Source: Eledone cirrhosa
Taxonomy: Eukaryota
Assembly: GCA_964016885.1 (NCBI GenBank)
Contig: OZ024757.1
Span: forward strand, 41,416,001 to 41,480,000
Direction of reading: 5' to 3'
DNA: 64,000 nucleotides
How positions within the stretch are numbered: the stretch's first letter is position 1; each line of letters begins with the position of its first letter. Of this stretch, positions 1-13,683 are shown one piece after another. A program made the translations under genes and the position numbers. Under the pieces are notes generated by a model that ran no database searches, was not told the origin of the DNA, and saw only the letters and a list, made by a program, of their open reading frames with translations.

Positions 1-489
1 TAAATGTTTTATATATATATAAATATATATATTTACACACATAGACATTTATACATATATATATATATGTATACACATACACATTTATACATATATATAT
101 CTACACAAAACACACACACACACACACGCACACACATATACACATTTATACATACATGTTAATTAAAAATTGCCAGATATTGTTAATGTTGAGATATAAA
201 ATATAATTTAATAATGTAAAAACATCATTATCATTATCATCCCCTTTTCCACCCCCACAACCATCACCAACACCACAACACTCATCATCATCAATACCAC
301 CACCACCTCCACCACCAGCCTCGTCATCTTCACACATCATTATAATCATTATTACCATTATTATTATTATTGTGGATAGGCAGTACATTCACTAGAGAAT
401 CAGACGGCGTTTTATGGCATAGTTATGTCCCTTTACGTTCTAGGTTCAAATCCCACCGAGGTTTGCTTTGTCTTTCATCCTTATGAATG

Positions 490-2007
490 CTAAAGGGTTA
501 AACCAGCTGAATCCAGCCAAAATTCCTTCACCTGTTTCTGTTAAAACCGGCTGTAAGTAGCCACTCATACCGATGTTAAGGTATTGTTCTCAAAATAAAT
601 ATCAAGATCTCATAGATTCGATACCATGTGAGGTAATTATGTAAAGTAAAGACTTTACCAAGAAAACATAATAGTAAATATAGAGTAATGTAAATTCTAA
701 AGGGTTAACTCTTTAGCATTTAAACCGGCCATATCTGGCCAGAATTCTCTCAACTCTTTCTGTTCAAACTGGCTATAACTAGCCACTCATATTGATGTTA
801 AGGTATTGTTCTCAAAATAAATATCAAAATCTTATGGGTTTGATAGCATGAAAATACAATAGTAAATATAGAGTAATGTAAATGTTATGTGAGATATTAT
901 GTGAGGTAAAGCCTTTACCATGAAAACATAATAGTAAATATGGAGTAATGTAAATACTAAAGGGTTAAAAGTAACGTATAACATACATACAGTAGTAAAT
1001 ATAGAGTAATGTAAATACTAAAGGGTTAAAAGTAACGTATAACATACATACAGTAGTAAATATAGAGTAATGTAAATACTAAAGGGTTAAAAGTAACGTA
1101 TAACATACATACAGTAGTAAATATAGAGTAATGTAAATACTAAAGGGTTAAAAGTAACATATAACATACAGTAGTATATATAGAGTAATGTAAATACTAA
1201 AGGGTTAAAAGTAACATATAACATACATACAGTAGTAAATATAGAGTAATGTAAATTCTAAAGGGTTAACTCTTTAGCATTTAAACCGGCCATATCTGGC
1301 CAGAATTCTCTCAACTCTTTCTGTTCAAACTGGCTATAACTAGCCACTCATATTGATGTTAAGGTATTGTTCTCAAAATAAATATCAAAATCTTATGGGT
1401 TTGATAGCATGAAAATACAATAGTAAATATAGAGTAATGTAAATGTTATGTGAGATATTATGTGAGGTAAAGCCTTTACCATGAAAACATAATAGTAAAT
1501 ATGGAGTAATGTAAATACTAAAGGGTTAAAAGTAACGTATAACATACATACAGTAGTAAATATAGAGTAATGTAAATACTAAAGGGTTAAAAGTAACGTA
1601 TAACATACATACAGTAGTAAATATAGAGTAATGTAAATACTAAAGGGTTAAAAGTAACGTATAACATACATACAGTAGTAAATATAGAGTAATGTAAATA
1701 CTAAAGGGTTAAAAGTAACGTATAACATACATACAGTAGTAAATATAGAGTAATGTAAATACTAAAGGGTTAAAAGTAACGTATAACATACATACAGTAG
1801 TAAATATAGAGTAATGTAAATACTAAAGGGTTAAAAGTAACGTATAACATACATACAGTAGTAAATATAGAGTAATGTAAATACTAAAGGGTTAAAAGTA
1901 ACGTATAACATACATACAGTAGTAAATATAGAGTAATGTAAATACTAAAGGGTTAAAAGTAACATATAACATACAGTAGTATATATAGAGTAATGTAAAT
2001 ACTAAAG
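490..2007. repeat. Tandem MITE copies with 61-bp arrays of the MITE end
   Basis: A ~560-bp block is duplicated (680-1260 and 1240-2007). The unit TATAGAGTAATGTAAATACTAAAGGGTTAAAAGTAACGTATAACATACATACAGTAGTAAA is repeated about 5x and 8x. Confidence 0.9.
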
Positions 2008-2917
2008 AAAAGTTCACATAATTTTGGCAGAATTTACTTTGCTGTTGTGAAGTTAAAGCTTTCACAAGATGTTTGGTTGTGTAGAATGAAAATATATTGT
2101 TTGAGATGGAACATTAATGACTAAAGATGTAAAGAAGAGAACTAATTCTAATATATTCCCCCGGGATAGGCAGCCATTATTCTTTATCATCTTCCTAGAA
2201 TTGGAAATGTCTTTAGAATTTTAGGATTGTTTTATTGTTATATGACCTCTGTCTGTTCTCATCATCAAGGAATGGATCACTGCAGCAGCTGGATCATTAA
2301 AATATTAATATTGCAAGTAGCTGAGCATTCCACAAATATATATACTGTATAACCATGACAGTTCTCAGGGAGATTCGGTATGACATAGTATATGACAAGG
2401 CTGGTCCTTTGAGTTACATGAAGTCCATCTTGTACTATATTGAATTTAAGTGGCTGAGTATTCCACAGACATCTATACCCTTGATATTGTTCTCAGGGAG
2501 ATTCAGAATGACATAGTATGTGGCAAGGCTGGTTCTTTGAGTTACATGTAAAGGCTGTCATATCCTTGATACAACTAAAGGGTCCTACCAACCCTTTGTT
2601 TGGCAAGCTTTCTATAGTTGGATGTCCTTCCTGTTACCAACCACTTTACAGCATGTACTGCGTGCTTTTATTCTATAGATCAGCATATATATAGTTATAT
2701 ATACATATGGTGATCTATAGAATATATAACCTATATGTATATATTTATATTGTTATACTTGGGGAGGGTCATATTGTTGTAATAATATTGCCAGACATAA
2801 TAAGAGAACACAGTCACTCTTATAAGTATAATAATATTTGTTTTGACACGATTTTATATCAAAAACCTTGCAAGGATAAGGAACAAGGATTCAGTGTTGC
2901 ATCATAACATATTTAAT

Positions 2918-3011
2918 AACATATTACATATGTTTCACTATCGATCAGCTCGAGGCAAGACCTATTATAGATCGAACCTGACTCTCTGATCGAAAGGTCG
3001 TCAGATATGTT
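2918..3011 (-). ncRNA. Type I hammerhead ribozyme with long stem II
   Basis: Minus strand reads AACATAT-CTGACGA-CCTTTCGATCAG...CTGATCGATAGT-GAAA-CATATG-TA-ATATGTT. Stem I is 7 perfect bp, core intact, stem II has 10/12 pairs (C.U at 10.1-11.1), stem III palindromic, GUA triplet. Confidence 0.8.
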
Positions 3012-3292
3012 TCCTATGTGATCTTGTCTCCGATTCTATATATAATGTGAAGTGTGTGTATCTGCGTATACATATACACACACATGTGTATGTGTTTGTG
3101 TATGTCAATGAATCTTATCTGTATATGTGTTTATATATACATATAGATATGGACATACATATATGAGTTTGTGTATATGTAAGTGTGTGTGTGTATATAT
3201 ATATATAAGCGAAAACCAACCCAAACTAAACAGTGAGTGTGTTCTGTTATTATTTCTGGCAATATTATCACAATATGACTCTCCCCAAGTAT

Positions 3293-3336
<44 letters not shown>

Positions 3337-3343
3337 GAATATA

Positions 3344-3374
<31 letters not shown>

Positions 3375-3504
3375 CTCCCAAAATTAAATTAAATTAAAGA
3401 CGTCATGTCTGAGAATATCAGAAATATACGCCATACCACCTGTAGAATAGGGTCAAAGATTCTAAGGAGTAAATCTGTATATATACATATACATATAAGA
3501 ATAT

Positions 3505-3953
3505 ATATATGAAAACAGGGAGAAAGAGACGATTATTAGGAAGAAAAATTTTTTTTTTTCCTTTTTTGTTTCTCTCTCTCTTTTAAAACGAAATGTTTTA
3601 CTTTGTGTGAAGTGTTAAGGTATTAGTTGATTTATTTATTATTTAACAATGGCATTTATTTATCTATTTATATATTTAATTATTGTATAATAATAATTAT
3701 TTATATATTTATATATATTTATATATTTATATATTGTATAATAATAATTATTGTATAATAATATATAATAATTAAATATATAAATAGATAAATAAATGCC
3801 ATTGTTAAATAATAAATAAATCAACTAATACCTTAACACTTCACACAAAGTAAAACATTTCGTTTTAACCATTTTCTAACCCAGAAAAAAGAGAGAGAAA
3901 TAAAAAAGGAAAAAAATATTTTTTTCTTGCTAATAATCGTCTCTTTCTCCCTG

Positions 3954-3965
<12 letters not shown>
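3505..3965. repeat. Large AT-rich foldback (~180-bp arms)
   Basis: 3505-3683 is the reverse complement of 3768-3965 (e.g. AAAACAGGGAGAAAGAGACGATTATTAG / CTAATAATCGTCTCTTTCTCCCTGTTTT), TA-flanked. Confidence 0.9.
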
Positions 3966-3992
<27 letters not shown>

Positions 3993-4881
3993 TAACTCGT
4001 GTGCTTCCTCTCCACATTATACTGTCAGAGAAAAAGTGTTAAATTATGATGATGGTGATGATATATACTCTATGGAATCTTTTATATAATAATAATGAAA
4101 TTATTGTTTACAGTGCTCAGGTGCACTACCATTTATAAAAGGTTCATGTATAGTACATAGAATAATATACAAATGTCAGTGAATAGTGTATGAGTCATGA
4201 TATACATGTGTGTGTGTATGGAGGGGGAATATTAGGTGTAGTGTTGGCGAATTTAGTAAAGAAATTTTACTTCTGAAACAAATATTTTTCTCTTTCCATA
4301 TTTTTCTGCATGTATAAAAGAAAAAAAAATTTTTTTTTGTTTAGGTAATTTAGAAAATTTTTCGTTTTTTTTTTTTTATTTTATTTCATCTAAAAACGCC
4401 GACCTTTGCCCAATAAATTCTTGCAGTTTTTATAAAGTCTTGCCGTTTTCCTGCTACAACAAAGACTGGACCGCAGCAAATGATGGTTAAAATTTATGAA
4501 AGATTTCATATTTTTGCAGTCTCTATTCTCTCCATTCTCTAACATCATCATCATCATTAGTTATTATAAAGAAATACAATGACAAAAAAATTATAGTTCT
4601 ACACATAACAAAGAATTTGTTAATTGATGAAACCATTCTTGATCAACTTCTAATTAAATAGTCACTTTGCTGCTCAAAAAAAAAAAAATATTGGAATTCA
4701 TTGGAATCATATTTTTTTATTTTTCTATAAAAATATTTTTAAAGAATTTTTTTGTAAATTTTTCCTAATATTATTTTTAAAAAACTTAGTTATTAAGAAC
4801 AATGACATTTTGTGTATCGCCTAACAGAGATATTTAGTTCTACTTGTTCTGTTTATTGATATTATATTAACAAGGTAAAAA

Positions 4882-5220
4882 AGGTGGTGGAGTGGCAGTT
4901 AAATCAGTAGAGTGTCGGACAACGTGAGCATTACAGTTACAGTTATGGACACATAGTTACAACGGCCCTTTACTGTCTGAGTTCAAATCTCTCCAGGGTT
5001 ACCTTTGCTTTAGATCTTTATGCGGCTGATAAAATAAAGTACCAGTAATGCACTGGGTCTATTTAATTCTTTGTGGCATAGTTAAAATGGTCCTTTATGT
5101 TCTGAGTTTAAATCTACCCAAGGTTAGCTTTGCCTTTCATCTTTACACAGCTGATAAAATAAAGTACCAGTAATGTACTGGAATCGGTTTGATCAACTTG
5201 CCCCTTCCCCTAATTGTAGA
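4882..5220 (+). mobile_element. Two diverged SINE copies
   Basis: B boxes CTGAGTT(C/T)AAATC and GATAAAATAAAGTACCAGTAATG each occur twice. Another partial copy lies at 390-485. Confidence 0.75.
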
Positions 5221-5244
5221 TTAGTAGTGTTGGCATACTGATAA

Positions 5245-5612
5245 CCCATACCCAGTAAACTCTGTAAAGTGGTAGTACTGGTGCTATGATAAAATGCACC
5301 CAGTACACTCTGTAAGGTGGTAGTGCTGGTGCCACAATAAAATACACCCAGTACACTCTGCAAAATGACAGTGCTAATGCTGTGAGAATATGTACCCAGT
5401 ACACTTTGTAAAGTGGTAGTGCTGCTGCGACAATAAAATACACCCAGTACACTCTGTAAAGTGGCAGTGCTAGTGCCATAATATATGTAAAATTGTAGTG
5501 TCGGACACTGATAAAGCACACACAGTACACTCTGTAAAGTGGCAGTGCTGGTGCCACGATAAAATGCACCCAGTACACTCTGTAAAGTGGATGGCATCTT
5601 AGGGTAGAAAGC
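5245..5612. repeat. 48-bp minisatellite from the SINE internal repeat
   Basis: Unit CACCCAGTACACTCTGTAAAGTGGTAGTGCTGGTGCCACAATAAAAT(A/G), about 7 copies, which explains the 16-aa repeat ORFs. Confidence 0.85.
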
Positions 5613-5744
5613 ATGCTATAATTAGAATATATATGTGAGATTTGGATTATCGAAATGTCGAGGAAGAGAATAGCTTTGATTAAATATTGATTGGGTTAGA
5701 GAACACTTTGTCTAACCAATGACAATGTGGAATGGTGGATATTG

Positions 5745-6102
5745 AAGATGGTGGTGTGATGATGATGGTGATGATGTTGATGACTATGGTGATGGTGTAA
5801 CAATGGTGATAACGATGATGGTGATGACAATGGTAGTGATGGTGGTGGTGAAGAGGATGGTGATGGTGGTGTTGGTAACAATGATGGTAACGATGATGGT
5901 GATGACAATGGTGGTGATGATGATGATGATTGTGATGGTAATGTTGATTATGGGGCTGATGATGATGGTGATGGCGGTGATCATGGTGATGATGTCGATG
6001 GTGATGTTGATGATTATGGTAAGGTCGAGAATGTCAATTGTGATGATGATGATGATGATGACGTCGGTGATGGTGGTGTTGATGATGGTGATGGCAATGA
6101 TG
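5745..6102. repeat. (GAT/GGT)n compound microsatellite
   Basis: Direct reading. Similar tracts at 7388-7612, 21665-21970 and 62533-62682. Confidence 0.95.
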
Positions 6103-6414
6103 AAATTTAAGATGCAAGAGAGATGAGATGAAATTACAGGTAGTTAATTTTATCAGGACATAAGGGACATGGGTGGGAGAGGTGGCGAGAGGCGGGGTGC
6201 TGAACGAAAGTTGACCGTGGTAGGGGTGAGGGGTGAAACATTCACAGGAAATAAATTAATTGTGTCACCTATCATCTCTAATAGCCGTTAATAATCATTA
6301 AATTAATATTAAACTAATTGCTGAAGAACAAGACAAGACAGGACAACTTTACAGTACTATTTCATGTGACATGAAATATAGAAAATGACATCGAGGGAGA
6401 TGTTTGTATTGACT

Positions 6415-7156
6415 GGGGGCTGTGGCCTACTGGTTAGGGTGCTGGACTGGGGAGGGCTGTGGCCTACTGGTTAGGGTGCTGGACTGGGGAGGGCTGTGGC
6501 CTACTGGTTAGGGTGCTGGACTGAGGACTGGGGAGGGCTGTGGCCTAGTGGTGAAGGTGCTGGACTGGGGAGGTCTGTGACTTAGTGGTTAAGGTGCTGG
6601 ACTGAGGACTGGGGAGGTCTGTGGCTTAGTGGTTAGGGTGCTGGACTGGGGAGGTCTGTGGCCTAGTGGTTAAGGTGCAGGACGGGGGACTGGGGAGGTC
6701 TGTGGCCTAGTGGTTAAGGTGCTGAACTGAGGACGGGGGAGGTCTGTGGCCTAGTGGTGAAGGTGCTGGACTGAGGACGTGGGAGGTCTGTGGCCTAGTG
6801 GTTAGGGCGTTGAGGGAGATGTTTGTATTGACGGAGGACAGAGGAGGTGATGGCCTAGTAGTTAGGGTGTTGAGGGAAGTAGTGGCCTAGTGGTTAGGGT
6901 GTTGGACTTAGGTTGGAGGAGATGTTTGTATTGAGAGGGAACTGTGGAGGTCCATGGCCTAGTGGTAAGGGTGTTAGACTTAGGTTCATAATACCTCAAC
7001 TAGGTTGTGTGTTGTGTTCTTGAGCAAAACACATCATTTCATGTTGCTCCAGTGGTAAGGGTGCTGGACTTACAACCAAAATGTCATGGGTTTGATTCCT
7101 GGAATGGATTATGTGTTGTGTCCTTGAGCAAAACTCTTCATTTCCCATTGCTCCAG
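6415..7156 (+). repeat. Tandem array of tRNA-like SINE heads ending in CORE-like SINE bodies
   Basis: About 14 repeats of TGTGGCCTA(G/C)TGGTTAGGGTGCTGGACT (A box), then two GTGTTGTGT(C/T)CTTGAGCAAAAC segments resembling the CORE domain. Confidence 0.8.
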
Positions 7157-7632
7157 TAATAGCTGGGAAGAAGGCAAAGAAAGATTTAACTCCAATAAAA
7201 TGATACCTCTCTTCATAAGATACATGTTTATTTTACTTAAGGGTTCAGCCAGCCCTGAGTGTGTTAAGGGGACATATGGCTATGTGGTTGTGGAATACTC
7301 AGCCACTCTATATGTTAATTCAATGATTGATTGGTTTAGTTTATTGGACTGTTGAATACTCATACATCATTTATAGCAGGAGAATCAATCATCATCACCA
7401 TCATCACCACCATCATCATCATCACCACCACCATCATCATCACCACCACCACCATCATCACCACCACCATCACCACCATCATCATCACCACCATCATCAC
7501 CACCACCATCACCATATTCATTATCATCACCATCACCATCATCATCACCATATTCATTATCATCACCATCATCATCATCACCATCATCATCATTGACAAC
7601 ATCATAACCATCATTATATATATATATATATA

Positions 7633-7820
7633 GGGCGGTGGATTGGCAGTATCGGTAGAGGGTCGGACGCCATGCTTTCCAGCGTGTTACGTCCCTTTAC
7701 GAACTGAGTTCAAATCCCGCCGAGGTTGACTTTGCCTTTCATCCTTGCGGGGTCGATAAAATAAAGTACCAGTAATGCACTGGGTAATTGCTGGCCTTGT
7801 GCCTAAAGTAGAAACAATTA
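7633..7820 (+). mobile_element. tRNA-derived SINE, full length
   Basis: A box TGGCAGTATCGG, B box GAGTTCAAATCC, central GCCTTTCATCCTTGCGGGGTCGATAAAATAAAGTACC (resembles the MetaSINE domain, from memory), ATT/TA tail. Confidence 0.9.
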
Positions 7821-9598
7821 TATATATATATATATGTGTGTGTATGTTTGCTAGTCTGCAGCTTACATCCTGATTATGTGTGTGTCTGTGTTTCTGTATG
7901 TTTGTGTGTGTGTGTATCCGTGCCTGACTGTGTGTGTGTGTGTGTATGCAGTATGTGTGTGTACTGTGTACTGTGTGTGTGGTGTGTATGTGTATTGTGT
8001 GTGTGTACTGTGTGTGTGGTGTGTATGTGTATTGTCTGTGTGTACTGTGTGTGTGGTGTGTATGTGTACTGTGTCTGTGTGTTTACTGCAGTGAAACATT
8101 TAAACCTAAATTCTATACAGAACACACAGACACACATACATACTAACACATGTACACATACATACTAACACATGTACACATACATACTAACACATGTACA
8201 CATACATACTAACACATGTACACATGCACATGATCACATACACACGTACACACACACATAAACACAAGCAAGAACACACACACAAACACAGACAATGAAT
8301 ACACATACACATACATACATAAACACACATACACATACATACATAGACACATATACATACATGAACACACACAGTTTCTGTACACACACACACACACACA
8401 CAATTCCAGTAACGACACAAGTACTATTTTGTTGCTACCACCACCACTACTACTACTACCACCACCATAACCACAACTACTACCACTACCTCTACTACTA
8501 CCTCTACTACCACTACCACCACCACCACCACCACCACTACTACCACTACCACCACTACTACTAATATACCCATGTACTATTTTGTTCCACTATTCTGTGC
8601 CTATTTCTCTGGAATTAAACCAATAATAGTTTCACTGTTACCAAAAAGAAGCCACACCTTCTTTTGAATATCATTACATAGCTCCACCCCTTTATCTGGT
8701 CTACAGTGAATTGACTCCGCCCACCACATAGGAACAGAAGTTACTATCTTCCAAGTACATCTGTCACAACCCAACGCACACACACTACATATTACACACA
8801 CATAGGTATACATATACACACACATACATATACACACACATACATATATACATACATGAACTCACCCGCCTCCACCTACTACACAGGAGAGTCTTCACCC
8901 CTCCCCCTCTTTAATATTATTATTATTACTAAACCCCACCCCTTCATTTGGTATGCGGGCGGAAACGTCTCCACCCCCAACTCACATCTTTACTGAAGAA
9001 TACAAACTGATTTGCTTCAAATAGATTTCTGTGTCACAACTCATTACACACACACATACACAGCACATTACACACATACACAGCACATTACACACATACA
9101 TACACATTACACACACTGCCCATTAAACCCACACATACACAGCACATTACACACACACATACACAGCACATTACACACATACACAGCACATTACACACAC
9201 ACATACACAGCACATTACACACATACATACACATTACACACACTGCCCATTAAACCCACACATATACACACACTCACACACAATCCATTACATGCACACA
9301 CAGACATACATACACAACACATTCCACACATACACACATACATACATACACACATACATACATACACACATACATACACACATACATACATATAGCCCAT
9401 TACACACACACATACATACACACACTCTCCCTTATCTGCCTACTACACAGGAGATTCTGCACACACATGCCCTTCTTCAATATCATTGCTAAACCCTGCC
9501 CCTTTATTTGGTGTAGAGGGGAATGGCTCCACCCATTTTACTAATGAATAAATATTTTATTGTTTAAAATACATTTTTTAAATATCTGATATAGATAT

Positions 9599-9808
<210 letters not shown>

Positions 9809-9952
9809 ACTCCTGCCTTACATAAACATACACATTAATCTTCACCACTATCTCACACTAAAACCCCCTCCCCTTATCATACACTCACACATACTAAACT
9901 CCACCTCCTATTGTCATGCATATACACACACACACTAAGCTCCACCTTTTGC

Positions 9953-9983
<31 letters not shown>

Positions 9984-10129
9984 TAAGCTCCAGCTTTTGA
10001 CACACACACACACACACACACACACTAAGCTCCACCTTTTGCCACACACACACACACACATACTAAGCTCCACCTTTTGTGCCATACATACGCACTAAAC
10101 TCCACCTCTACGCTAAACCCCACCTTAAA

Positions 10130-10440
10130 ATCCAGTAAAAAACGATAGACACTGACACTTGATGGCATTGCTCCAGCATGGCCAAGGTCTAATAACTAAA
10201 ACCAGTAAATGGCAGTGCCCCGGCATGGCCAAGGTCTAATGACTGAAACCAGTAAAAAGCAGTGCCCCAGCATGGCCAATGTCTACTCACTGAAACCAGT
10301 AAATAAAAAGACACTGACACTTGATGGCAGTGCTCCAGCATGGCCAGTCTAATGACTGAAACCAATAAATAAAAAGACACTGACAATTTCTGGCAGTGCC
10401 CCAGCATGGCCAAAGTCAATTGACTGAAACCAATGAAGGA
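10130..10440 (+). repeat. Tandem SINE/LINE tail repeats
   Basis: Five copies of GGCAGTGCCCCAGCATGGCCAAGGTCTAATGACTGAAACCAGTAAA, with a related single copy at 20878-20930. Confidence 0.75.
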
Positions 10441-11004
10441 AGAGTAGAAACAGACTAACCCTAACAGCCACACACTAAAAGAAATAAACAATAACATTGC
10501 CATAGTTAAAGCAGATAATAAAATTTGGATATCATTCCCTCAGTAAAACCTTAAACAATAAATGATTCATTTTACGAGGCATTAAGTTGCATTTCATACA
10601 AAAGAATGCCCTAGCTATAACCTCGAACATACAAAAGTCATTAAAAGTAGCAGCCGTTATAACAACGTTGTTAAAAGTAGCAACCTCTATAACAAAGCCA
10701 TTAAAAGTAGTAACATCGTTAAATTAAAAAATGCCATTAAATGTAGTAATATCTATAACATTTATTTTTCAGTTTCAATAACATAACCCTATAGCATTTA
10801 AACTGGCCATATCCGGCCAGAATTCCTCACCTCTTTCTGTTCAAACCAGCTGTAACTGGCTGCTCATACTTATTTTAAGGTTTTCAAAATAAATAATTCA
10901 AATTCTCATCGATTCGATATTATGAGATAATTATGTGAGGTTTATGGTGAAAATACAAAGTAAATGTAGATTAATGTAAATGCTGTTGTTCTTGTTATTG
11001 TTGT

Positions 11005-11400
11005 CATTGCTGTTTAACCTCAATGTCCTGGTTAAGCCAACATATGACCAAACGCATTCCAGTTGTGACCACCACCACGTTTTTTCCAATAATAAAGTAT
11101 ATTTTTCACTGTTTCAACTTAATCTATCTGTTATAGGCTATTGTTGTTGTCACTGTTTAACTTCAAGGCTGATACTGAGTGGTCATATGATGAAAGGCGT
11201 TCCAGCTGTGACCATCCTAACATTTTTTCTAGTAATCTATAAAATATAATTTTCAAACTTTCAATAAGTAAACCAGAAATTATAGGCTATTGTTGGTATT
11301 ATTGTCACTGTTGTTGTTGTTGTAGTTTAGCCTCAAGGCTCTGACTGAGCCAACATATGGCCAAAAGTGTTCCAGCTGTGACCATCCCAACATTTTTTCC
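11005..11400. repeat. Three diverged ~150-bp repeats
   Basis: GTTTAACCTCAA..CATATGACCAAA..TTCCAGCTGTGACCATCC recurs at ~11010, ~11155 and ~11325. Confidence 0.7.
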
Positions 11401-11673
11401 AGATATAGTCTATCTGATCGAAAGTAATTTTAACTAGGACTATATTTCAAAATCTATAATAATAATTTTCCTTGTTTGAATATCTTGAACTCGCTATTAT
11501 AGGATGTTATTGCTGTTGTTGTTGTTTAGTCTCACACCAGCCTGTTATTGGGTGGGGTGGGGGTATGAGAAAGGAGAATCCCCCCCCTCAATACTTTTCA
11601 TTGAGTTAAAAAAATTTAGTGATATTTTTATTCCAAAGCTCCATATTAGAATCATATATACACTCACAACTAA

Positions 11674-11788
<115 letters not shown>

Positions 11789-12063
11789 GAATCTCATAAG
11801 TCTATGTATATGTATGTATGCATATATATACACACACGTACATATATATTTACTCATGGAAAATTAAAGTTAAACGATGATGATGAAACTCACTCATATA
11901 TACATATACATACTCATATATACACATATACATACATATACGCACATATACATACATATACGCACATATACACACACACACGTACATATACATGCATATA
12001 TATATATATATATACACACACACATATATACATTCACATACACATGTATACTCATACATATTT

Positions 12064-12094
<31 letters not shown>

Positions 12095-12293
12095 CACACA
12101 TATACACAGACATATATACATACACATATACATGTATACACATACATATATATATATATACACACATAAATATATTACAATACCCAGATCCATCTATATT
12201 CCTAATTCCATTTGTAAATGTTAAAAAAAAAAAAGTTAAATTAGAAAAAAAAAACGCTAATAATATTTTCTATAATAATACTAATAATGATCC

Positions 12294-12329
<36 letters not shown>

Positions 12330-12676
12330 TCCGAAAATCTATAAAACCTGACAACTAGGCAACCCCAACAAGGCCACATTGCAGGAACTGTTTTGTCTTG
12401 TAGGCTTATTATTTGACAATATAGATAATGAAGTGAGAGTCAGCACTGTGGCACTTCTCAGCTGGTGGTTGACCACAACAAGGTGAATGTGTGACTGGGG
12501 TGTGTAATATCCATAGGGTCAGACGTAATCACTGTTCAACAGTGCTCTAGCTAAGTTAAGCTCAGCTCAGCTGGTGGTTCAAATCATCTGGTTCATGTGT
12601 AAAGACATACACAGTCAGTCAGGCAGTTAGTTATAGAGTAAAGATATATATATATATGTGTGTGAGAATCTCTCTC

Positions 12677-12708
<32 letters not shown>

Positions 12709-12746
12709 CATATATATATGTGTGTGAGAATCTCTCTCTCTATATG

Positions 12747-12777
<31 letters not shown>

Positions 12778-13125
12778 ATGTATATGTCTAACCCATGCTA
12801 GCGTGGAAAATGGACGTTAAACGAAGATAATGATGATGATATATATATGAATCTCTCTCTCTCTCTATATATATATAGAAAGATAGATATATGTATATCT
12901 ATATTTATATATATATGAGAGAGAGAGAGCGATAGAGTGGGGGAGATAGATATATATATAGAGAGAGATATAGATAGATAGATGTATATATATATATATA
13001 TAATGCAGCTTATATTATGTTTAAGAAGAGCAGAGACTTACATGCTATATAACAATTGACTTTGATTTTATTAATGAGTTTCATTAGAAATTTTAAAAAA
13101 TTAAATAAAAATAAAATGTTGCACC

Positions 13126-13191
<66 letters not shown>

Positions 13192-13347
13192 AAGAAGCCA
13201 TGAATACAGATATGTACATAAATATATATATATATATGTATATATATACGTATGTATATATATATTTAATATATATGTATATATATTTAATATATATATA
13301 TGTAAATATATACCTCACTACGCAATGCTTCAAGTAAACTACCATTT

Positions 13348-13391
<44 letters not shown>

Positions 13392-13545
13392 GTATATCTA
13401 TGTAGATGTATGTGTGTGTGTATGTATATATATATTTATATATATATATATATACACACACACACGTATAAATGTAAATAAATCTATATACATATATGTA
13501 AGTATATATATATATGTATATATATGTATATATATATATATATGT

Positions 13546-13576
<31 letters not shown>

Positions 13577-13620
13577 CAATGATATTAAATAAATGGAAAC
13601 TATATTTATAAAACCATATT

Positions 13621-13683
13621 TATTTTATTATATATATTTCAAGGGTACCAAAACACATAGGTACGCTTTCCTCAGATAAAATA
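13621..13683 (-). ncRNA. Type I hammerhead ribozyme, family A copy 1
   Basis: Minus strand reads TATTTTAT-CTGAGGA-AAGCGTACC-loop-GGTACCCTT-GAAA-TATATA-TA-ATAAAATA. Stem I is 8 perfect bp, stem II 8/9 bp, core intact. Confidence 0.85.

Noticed and set aside
6415-6980. tRNA gene cluster
   Set aside because: Only the A-box/D-arm part is repeated. No complete cloverleaf.
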